Shown one piece after another: positions 57,665 to 64,000 of a stretch of DNA of 64,000 nucleotides. Numbering within the stretch: the first letter of the stretch is position 1; every line of letters begins with the position of its first letter. The position numbers and the translations under genes are program-made. Origin of the DNA: an uncultured Candidatus Saccharibacteria bacterium (lineage in GTDB: Bacteria; Patescibacteriota; Saccharimonadia; CAILAD01; GCA-016700035); assembly GCA_964391595.1 (NCBI GenBank), contig CAYMMM010000002.1, forward strand, positions 16,843-80,842, written 5' to 3'. The notes beneath the pieces were generated by a model. That model did not search any database and was not told where the DNA came from. It was given only the letters and a program-made list of their open reading frames with translations.

Positions 57665-58315
57665 TTATAACCCTATCTGAGCATGTTTGTAGGCATCGAG
57701 CGCTTCGCGGTCGCCATCCACTGTCACATGCGCTACGCGCCCACGGCCCATGAATAGCATGACAAACTCCGGAGCTTCAGCGGTGAGTGTCAGCTCATGC
57801 GGGTCAGCGCCCCTACCACGCCGCGCAACAACAAGCTCTCCCGTCACCGCGTCCACCAATGTAACACGTATTTTTGCGTCGAGTTTGCGCAAAGCCAGCC
57901 TCGCAATCCCCGGCAAGAGTGCTGCCAAGCCGGCGTACAGCTCATCCGACACCTCGCGATGCTTTTTGAGCCTGCCGCGCAGGATATCTTCGTTATGAAC
58001 AAAAAATTCGATCACATTGAAGCTCAGCTTTTTGCCCCACCAAGGAATGTGTTCAATCTGCTCTATCAATACCTGGTGAGGAGCCGATTTCTGCTTCTTA
58101 ATTGCTGCTTCGTGCTGTCCATGCAAGGGCTGAAATACGATACCTACACGCGCCAAAACCGACCCTCGATCGCGCACAATTATATGCGAAACCAAGTCCT
58201 CTACATCCCAGCCTTCGCACAATGTCGAAGCGTGCCACTGCTTGTCGGTGAGCCCACGAAGCAGTTTGGCGAGATACAACCTCTCATTCACAATAAGCCG
58301 TTCGTATTGCATCAT
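57665..58315 (-). CDS. DinB_2 / maleylpyruvate-isomerase-N-terminal-like protein (TIGR03083-like)
   Basis: N-terminus LTDKQWHASTLCEGWDVEDLVSHII fits that family pattern; the family is predominantly actinobacterial. Confidence 0.45.
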   Translation of the reverse strand: MMQYERLIVNERLYLAKLLRGLTDKQWHASTLCEGWDVEDLVSHIIVRDRGSVLARVGIVFQPLHGQHEAAIKKQKSAPHQVLIEQIEHIPWWGKKLSFNVIEFFVHNEDILRGRLKKHREVSDELYAGLAALLPGIARLALRKLDAKIRVTLVDAVTGELVVARRGRGADPHELTLTAEAPEFVMLFMGRGRVAHVTVDGDREALDAYKHAQIGL

Positions 58316-58372
58316 TTCAAGTGTACCATTTCACCAAGCCACCAGGGCGAGTAGAATACTAATAGCACAACC

Positions 58373-59125
58373 ATGAACTCATTCTTTACCCCTCGCTCAC
58401 AGCCTTTTATCATCGCTCATCGCGGTGCTTCTGGAGATGCACCAGAAAACACACTCGCAGCCTTCCGCGAAGCCATCAAGCAAAAAGCAGACGCTCTCGA
58501 GCTTGACGTACAGCTCACACGCGACGAGAGGCTCGTCATTATGCATGACCCCACCCTGCAACGTACCACCCGAGGGCGCGGATTCGTCTCGAAGAAGCGC
58601 CTTCACGAGATCCAAAAATACTCCGCGGGAAGTTGGTTTGGTCCAGGACATACAGCGGAGCGCGCACCTAGCTTAGAGGAAGTCTTTGAGGCTTTTGGTG
58701 ACAAGACAAACTATGTGATCGAGCTCAAGTTCTACGAACGTCGGGGACATTTCTTTGCACATAAGGTACTCCAGGCAGTAGACGACCACAAACTCCTTGA
58801 CCACTGTCTTTTCCTGTCATTCAGCCCATTCTTACTCGCACAGCTCAAACGTATAGAGCCAGAAGCTAAAACCTGCCTTGCTTTTGTACCTATAGGTGAT
58901 CTGCTCCCGTCCCGATTGCTCACCAGCTCAGCCGATGTCCTAGCACTTGCTTCACAGTCTGTGAGTAAGTCGTATATGCAGAAGTTACGACGCCGTAATA
59001 AGCCGATCAATATCTGGGCGAAGGCTCACCGCCATGAAGATTTTGACCACGAGCTCGCTGTTGGTGCTGACTTCATAACAACCAATCACCCGCGTGCCCT
59101 GCGTGAGCATCTCCGTGAGAAATAA
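58373..59125 (+). CDS. Glycerophosphodiester phosphodiesterase
   Basis: IIAHRGASGDAPENTLAAFREAI plus the ELDVQLTRDERLVIMHD motif identify the GDPD family. Confidence 0.85.
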   Translation: MNSFFTPRSQPFIIAHRGASGDAPENTLAAFREAIKQKADALELDVQLTRDERLVIMHDPTLQRTTRGRGFVSKKRLHEIQKYSAGSWFGPGHTAERAPSLEEVFEAFGDKTNYVIELKFYERRGHFFAHKVLQAVDDHKLLDHCLFLSFSPFLLAQLKRIEPEAKTCLAFVPIGDLLPSRLLTSSADVLALASQSVSKSYMQKLRRRNKPINIWAKAHRHEDFDHELAVGADFITTNHPRALREHLREK

Positions 59126-60584
59126 GCAAAAACTACCATCGGTATCGTACAAAATTGATCTGGTCACAGATCACAGCCCTACACTGACCAACTATAAGAA
59201 AACAATTTTCATAGCTGGCATCGCACTGCTATTGGCCAGCTTCGTAGGCTTCGGTGGCTATCTGTTTTTCACTAAATACAAGGCGCTACCAAGCACTTCA
59301 AATCTCAATGTTGAGGTGCGCAAGCGGATCACGTATGCCTTTGATGGCGTAAGCGAACAAGAGCAAGCCGATACCACACAACTACTCCGCACCTATGCTA
59401 CCAAGCACAACTACGATCTCTTGGTAGCTAGTGGCACACCTGCTGACATAACTATCGCATCTACGACCGAACCAGATGATATACGACTGACAACAAAGAG
59501 CGAAATCAAACTCACCGACATCACTTCGGGCACGCCGCTTAGTAACAATGCCAAGACTCTGAGCCTACGACTGAAGAAAAGCCTGGATGAAAGTGAGAAA
59601 AAAGCTCTCACCGAAGCCTTTGCGCCAGCATACGCATCGAGCCCGAGAAGCTGGACTTACTTGGCGGTTGGTGACATCATCCCTGCACGCGACGTCTACA
59701 CCTACTCCAAGCGAAACGGCTTTTTATTCCCCTACGCCAAGATCAGCGACACACTTAAAAGCGCAGATCTCACCGTCACAAATGTAGAGACAACCATTGC
59801 CGATGGGCAAGCCAACGGCGAAGGAGCAGGCATGATGGTTTTCACTGCTCCCAGTAAGGCATTTGACGGTCTCGTAGCTTCGGGTATCGACGGGATAAAT
59901 CTCGCGAACAACCACTCGATGAATGGTGGCAGCCAGAAAGTTACCGAGATGCTCACAGGTCTCGATGTTCGCAAGATCGGTCACTTCGGTGTCAGTACCA
60001 CAAATGGTATCAATACCTGGGCTACAACCGTCAATGGCATCAAAGTCATTCACCTGAGCTTTAACACAGTTCCTGGCAGCATTGATCCTACAGCGAGCAC
60101 ACCAGGAGCACGGCGCATTCCACTTAAGCCGTGGGGCAGCTTATCCGAAAGTGACGTAGCCTTTGTGCAAGGTCAAATTAAGGCAGCGAAGCAATCTGCC
60201 GATGTGGTCATACCCTGGTTTCAATGGGGTACCGAATACACACATGATGCAAATGACGAACAGCGCCGTCTCGCCCACGCGGCAATTGATGCTGGTGCCG
60301 AGACAGTAATCGGCACCCACCCGCACTGGACTCAAGGTATCGAGTGGTACAATGGGCACTTCATCGCCTACTCCCTCGGCAACTTCATCTTCGACCAAAA
60401 CTGGAGCGACGAAACTCGTCGGTCTTTCGCAGCGCAGATTACCTTCACCGGGACAAAAGTGACGGGCGTGCAACTCATGCCTGCATATATTGAAAACTGG
60501 GTGCAACCGCGCTTCCTCGCCCCATCAGAAGCACTGTACAAGCAAATTCTCAGTGATGTAGCTGCGCACTCCTGGTGGCAATAA
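59094..60584 (+). CDS. CapA-family metallophosphatase (poly-gamma-glutamate/capsule biosynthesis-like)
   Basis: N-terminal TM segment and calcineurin-like metallophosphoesterase motifs (GDIIPARD; NLANNH; GTHPHWTQGIEWYNGHFIAYSLGNFIFDQ). Confidence 0.8.
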   Translation: MPCVSISVRNKQKLPSVSYKIDLVTDHSPTLTNYKKTIFIAGIALLLASFVGFGGYLFFTKYKALPSTSNLNVEVRKRITYAFDGVSEQEQADTTQLLRTYATKHNYDLLVASGTPADITIASTTEPDDIRLTTKSEIKLTDITSGTPLSNNAKTLSLRLKKSLDESEKKALTEAFAPAYASSPRSWTYLAVGDIIPARDVYTYSKRNGFLFPYAKISDTLKSADLTVTNVETTIADGQANGEGAGMMVFTAPSKAFDGLVASGIDGINLANNHSMNGGSQKVTEMLTGLDVRKIGHFGVSTTNGINTWATTVNGIKVIHLSFNTVPGSIDPTASTPGARRIPLKPWGSLSESDVAFVQGQIKAAKQSADVVIPWFQWGTEYTHDANDEQRRLAHAAIDAGAETVIGTHPHWTQGIEWYNGHFIAYSLGNFIFDQNWSDETRRSFAAQITFTGTKVTGVQLMPAYIENWVQPRFLAPSEALYKQILSDVAAHSWWQ

Positions 60585-60607
60585 TGTCCGCCAGATAGAC
60601 ACGCGAC

Positions 60608-60636
60608 TTGAAATTCTTACGCTAATCTGCTAGAAT
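60608..60636 (+). promoter_or_regulatory. Putative promoter: TTGAAA, 17-nt spacer, TAGAAT, with the spacer motif GCTAATCTGC
   Basis: Read directly from the sequence. It lies ~20-30 nt upstream of the 60655/60664 start codons. A leader hairpin GTCACT-cgata-GTGAC is at 60644-60659. Confidence 0.45.
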
Positions 60637-60654
60637 AGTACCTGTCACTCGATA

Positions 60655-61254
60655 GTGACGACTATGAACCACACAATTCGACCAAAAACAAAATTCGCTC
60701 AATATCTGAAAGCATTCAAGCGATCAGAGGATAACGCATTGATTGCAGTAGCCGTGATTTCATCGGCTCTTGCAGTGAGTGCGCTTTTTATTCCTCAGAC
60801 GTACCAACAAGCATCTGCTACTACCGAGCTTGATCTCGAAACAGCCCACACGCTCTGTCTGCAGGCCAATTCTGCCTCGGAGTGCGACGCCCTTGTACAA
60901 CGCATAGCTGCCACCAAGCCCAAGCCAATTGCCGGTGACCCGATGCGGCCTTATAAGCCCTTCTCAAACTGTCGCGATGCGGTCGATTATATCTTCAATG
61001 ACCGCACAGATTACGCACGTGCTATCGAGGTCGTATATCGAGAGTCGACCAACAACCCAAACGCTCGTCGCCCAGGAAGCCAATACGCTGGTTGTGCTCA
61101 GCTCTCGACTACCCTTCAAGCCACCTTCTTGCGCGGCCCATGGAACGACGCCTACTATAACGTACTCGCCCTTCGAGATGCGGTCGACAACCCTCGTTGG
61201 GGCTGGTGCCACTGGGATCTGGTAAATTACTGTGGCGCAGGTGGCGAGTTCTAA
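60655..61254 (+). CDS. Secreted lysozyme-like/SLT-like protein (putative lytic transglycosylase)
   Basis: N-terminal TM/signal anchor (LIAVAVISSALAVSALFI). The motif block YRESTNNPNARRPGSQYAGCAQLS resembles the SLT consensus ES..NP.A...GA.GLMQ. The start may instead be the ATG at 60664. Confidence 0.45.
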   Translation: MTTMNHTIRPKTKFAQYLKAFKRSEDNALIAVAVISSALAVSALFIPQTYQQASATTELDLETAHTLCLQANSASECDALVQRIAATKPKPIAGDPMRPYKPFSNCRDAVDYIFNDRTDYARAIEVVYRESTNNPNARRPGSQYAGCAQLSTTLQATFLRGPWNDAYYNVLALRDAVDNPRWGWCHWDLVNYCGAGGEF

Positions 61255-61309
61255 TGAATACACTCCAGTCAGCCCGTATGAAGCATGGTCCGTAACACTA
61301 TCGAAACTA

Positions 61310-61338
61310 TTGCTTTTTTATTGATAATCTGCTAAAAT
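61310..61338 (+). promoter_or_regulatory. Promoter-like element: TTGCTT, 17-nt spacer, TAAAAT, with the same spacer motif GATAATCTGC
   Basis: 14 of 16 nt match 60621-60636. It lies ~190 nt upstream of the RlpA-like ATG. Confidence 0.35.
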
Positions 61339-61528
61339 AAAGAAGACCGTCAAACCAGTCTGAATCCCTCAGGGAGTACACTCTACATAAGAGACATACG
61401 CAAACCTGAGAGACTGAGACCTTGAGCTTAGTCACGTTCTAGAATCATTCGAGACACACTCGAGACGTGGTAAGGATAGCTCACAAGCTGACGATCACCC
61501 AAGAAGGGAGCGCAACCCCCGCGCCCCT

Positions 61529-62134
61529 GTGTACCTGGAAGGCAAGAACATGCATGCACCTCGAAAGAGGCCCCGAAGTCCGAAGCTGGCCGCGCTGCTC
61601 ATCATCGCAGCAATCGCTGTCTTTGGCTCGGCCTGCGACTACAACCCCATCCTCGGCTTCGCGCCGAGCGATCTGCAGGCCTTCAACGCCCTACACGGCA
61701 CCAACGTCACGATGGAGGATGCCAACGCCGCCTGTGCGCAACTGAACGCCGCTGGTGACCCGACCAAGTGCCAGAAGACGGTCGACTACCTGAACGGCCT
61801 CAAGCTGTCGCAGGCCCGCAAGAAGCCGGTGCCACCGACGGTCGCGGCCGTCAGCTGGTATGACCCGGCTGGGCTCGGTGGCATGTGTGCCTCAGGGCCC
61901 TGCCCGCCGAACAACAGCTTCTCGTGCGCGCACAAGACCGCGCAATTCGGGACGCTGCTCAGACTGACCAAGAACGGGCGATCCATCGTCTGCACGGTCG
62001 TCGACAGAGGGCCGTACATCTCAGGCCGTGCGGTGGACCTCTTCCCTGCGCCCGCAGAAGCGCTGGGCCTGAAGGGGCCAACAAGAAACTCAGGACCCGG
62101 TGTCTTGAGTGGCGTCACCATCGCCATGGCCTAG
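61529..62134 (+). CDS. RlpA-like double-psi beta-barrel (DPBB) lipoprotein in a GC-rich island
   Basis: Signal peptide with a lipobox-like VFGSAC. The DPBB signature runs VSWYDPAGLGGMCASGP...AHKTAQFGTLLRLTKNGRSIVCTVVDRGPYISGRAVDLFPAPAEALGL. Codon third positions are strongly G/C-biased. Confidence 0.7.
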   Translation: MYLEGKNMHAPRKRPRSPKLAALLIIAAIAVFGSACDYNPILGFAPSDLQAFNALHGTNVTMEDANAACAQLNAAGDPTKCQKTVDYLNGLKLSQARKKPVPPTVAAVSWYDPAGLGGMCASGPCPPNNSFSCAHKTAQFGTLLRLTKNGRSIVCTVVDRGPYISGRAVDLFPAPAEALGLKGPTRNSGPGVLSGVTIAMA

Positions 62135-62175
62135 TCGCCACACGCGACACACACTCATGGCGGGATCCACGAGAA

Positions 62176-62216
62176 GGGTGGGAGGACTTCGGTCTTCCCA
62201 CCCTCTTCTTTTCTTT
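62176..62216 (+). terminator. Strong intrinsic terminator: 13-bp GC-rich stem, GNRA-like loop ttcg, then a T-tract
   Basis: GGGTGGGAGGAC (62176-62187) pairs with GTCTTCCCACCC (62192-62203), followed by TCTTCTTTTCTTT. The msrB stop codon (62215-62217) overlaps the T-tract. Confidence 0.7.
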
Positions 62217-62637
62217 ATTCTGATTTTTTCTTCAGATCCAGGCTTGCTGAATTGATACAAAATCTCTGGCCGGTGGTCTCAGTTGGGCCATCTTCAAACA
62301 TGTGCCCGAGATGAGCGCCGCAGCGGCTACAGACCACTTCCGTGCGAGTCATGCCATGACTCTCATCTGATCGCATCTCTACACTACCCGGAACCGCGCG
62401 GTCGAAGCTTGGCCATCCAGAACCTGATTCAAACTTATGCTCACTATCAAAAAGCACTTGCCCGCATACTTTGCACGTGTACGTCCCGTCAGCATGTTCG
62501 TCCCAATACTTGCCGGTAAATGGTGCCTCGGTGCCGGCATTTTGCGTAACCTCATACTCGTGCTCACTCAACCGAGCCTTGAGCTCTTCATCGCTTGGCT
62601 TCTTGAAATCACTCATTTCTTCAATTCCTCCACCCAA
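62215..62637 (-). CDS. msrB: Peptide methionine-(R)-S-oxide reductase MsrB
   Basis: Zn-binding CxxC pairs (CKVCGQ; CSRCGAHLGHMF) and the catalytic RCGAHLGH motif. Confidence 0.9.
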   Translation of the reverse strand: MGGGIEEMSDFKKPSDEELKARLSEHEYEVTQNAGTEAPFTGKYWDEHADGTYTCKVCGQVLFDSEHKFESGSGWPSFDRAVPGSVEMRSDESHGMTRTEVVCSRCGAHLGHMFEDGPTETTGQRFCINSASLDLKKKSE

Positions 62638-64000
62638 TCCTTAATGATCGCAAACCCACCGCGCCAGAAATCAGCACTCGTCATGTCCACACCCACCTCC
62701 ATCAATACTTCATGAGGATCACGCGAGGCACCTGCGGCTAGAACTGCCTCGATCTTGGCCACAAACGGCTTACCTTCCTGCTTATAGCGCGCGTACAGCG
62801 AGAGACTGAGCAGCTCACCAAAGCTATAGGCGTAGCAATAAAACGGTGTATGCACGATGTGTGGGATATAGGCCCATTCATGCTTGAAAACATCATCAAC
62901 CTCTACTGCATCGCCAAACTGCGAGTGGAGTGTTTCAAGCCAGAGTCGATCAAGCTCAGGCACACCAGCACCCCCAGGGATCGCCTTATGCGCCTCGATC
63001 TCAAACTTCACAAAGTACGTCTGACGACATATCGTCGCATAGCTATCCGCCACCTTTTCTGCAATCATCGCTTTGCGTTCGTCGACATCTGATATGCCGG
63101 CGAGCATATTCTCAAAAAGCAGCATCTCGCCAAATGTCGAGGCCGTCTCGGCAAGCGGTAGATTAGCGACCACACTCGAGATCGGAAGGTGCGACGCGTA
63201 CATGAAATGCACGCCGTGTCCGAGCTCGTGTGCTAGCGTACTGACGTCACGCGCCTTACCGGTGTAGTTCAAGAACACATACGGATGAATGTCTGGGGTT
63301 ACAAAGCTACAAAATGCACCACCGCGCTTGGTCGGTGACGGATGCGAATCCACGTGCTTCTGATCAACGATCATGCGGGCTTTTGCTGCAAACTCGGGTG
63401 AGAATTCCGTGAAGCTCTTGAGGGTCAAATCGACTGCCTCGTTATAGCGATACTCTTGCTGACTTTCGCCGACTGGCGCGTAGATATCAAAGCGTCGCAA
63501 CTTGTCGAGACCAAGCTGATCCTTTTTCCAACGGAAGAAATCTTGGAAGAGTACGCTCTCCTCCTCACAGACCTGTAGCAGCGTCTCAATCGCCCCGTCC
63601 GGGATGTGATTTGCTGCGTTGCGCATCGAGATTGAGCTCTCGTACCCACGCAACTTCGCCTCATATACCCAATCCTTCACGACCGCCTGGTAGATCTTGA
63701 AAAACTTTTCCTTCTGGGCTTCGTAGGGCACATACAGTGCCCGATAAGCGGCCTCGCGGGTCGCAGCTTCTGGAGCGTACACATGCCGCATGAGCTCTGA
63801 GTTGGTCTTAAAGACTTGCTTTTTACCGTTTATCTCGGCGGTGAATTCGAAATCCGTCTCGATCGCTTCGCGTAAGTCAGTCAACACGCCCACTCCCGTC
63901 GTGTCCTTGTGTGTGATGATACTTTCGGACTCAAGCGAAAGAGTATGTTTCGCCATCTTGCGGGAGTATGTCAGCGAGTATGTTTGCCCTTCTACGGCGG
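62613..64000 (-). CDS. pepF: Oligoendopeptidase F (M3B family). N-terminus lies beyond the window end: the frame is open upstream of the ATG at 63956 through to position 64000.
   Basis: HELGHGVHF is the HEXXH zinc site and the length fits M3B. I translated upstream of 63956 by hand and found no stop before 64000. Confidence 0.8.
   Translation of the reverse strand, partial: AVEGQTYSLTYSRKMAKHTLSLESESIITHKDTTGVGVLTDLREAIETDFEFTAEINGKKQVFKTNSELMRHVYAPEAATREAAYRALYVPYEAQKEKFFKIYQAVVKDWVYEAKLRGYESSISMRNAANHIPDGAIETLLQVCEEESVLFQDFFRWKKDQLGLDKLRRFDIYAPVGESQQEYRYNEAVDLTLKSFTEFSPEFAAKARMIVDQKHVDSHPSPTKRGGAFCSFVTPDIHPYVFLNYTGKARDVSTLAHELGHGVHFMYASHLPISSVVANLPLAETASTFGEMLLFENMLAGISDVDERKAMIAEKVADSYATICRQTYFVKFEIEAHKAIPGGAGVPELDRLWLETLHSQFGDAVEVDDVFKHEWAYIPHIVHTPFYCYAYSFGELLSLSLYARYKQEGKPFVAKIEAVLAAGASRDPHEVLMEVGVDMTSADFWRGGFAIIKDWVEELKK

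Overview
The window reads as a compact, gene-dense bacterial chromosome segment of roughly 50% GC, with short intergenic gaps, many 4-bp overlaps and long co-directional gene strings. Gene content suggests a monoderm-like, reduced genome, possibly Saccharibacteria/CPR-like: there is a complete type IV pilus (T4P) machinery with no secretin, an LCP-family protein, a RodZ-like protein, and few regulators. This lineage call is an inference, not a database hit. The dominant feature is a ~15 kb single-strand T4P super-operon on the minus strand (1..14792): a large secreted protein, then pilM/N/O, pilB, pilT, pilC, a pilA-like major pilin, pilD and four minor pilins. Housekeeping blocks follow: ychF; efp; rpsF-ssb-rpsR; recA-recX; ftsK; rnj; udg; pnp; rpsO-truB-nrnA; rpsT; holA-fpg-polA; rpoD-dnaG; a Mur ligase; rarA; msrB; and pepF, which runs off the 3' edge of the window. 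Two short islands differ sharply in codon third-position GC (almost all G/C): an SPFH/band-7 gene at 41561..42631 and an RlpA-like lipoprotein at 61529..62134. Each island ends in a strong intrinsic terminator, and I read both as candidate acquisitions from a high-GC donor, possibly an actinobacterial host. Other points are taken up in the findings: disordered N-terminal extensions on PilT and RNase J, a tandem 12-bp repeat in the pilin tail, tandem membrane-protein paralogs, a truncated paralog pair, a promoter-proximal motif shared by two cell-wall hydrolase genes, and a small hydrophobic peptide ORF with a strong Shine-Dalgarno (SD) sequence. I found no CRISPR array, rRNA, or recognisable tRNA.
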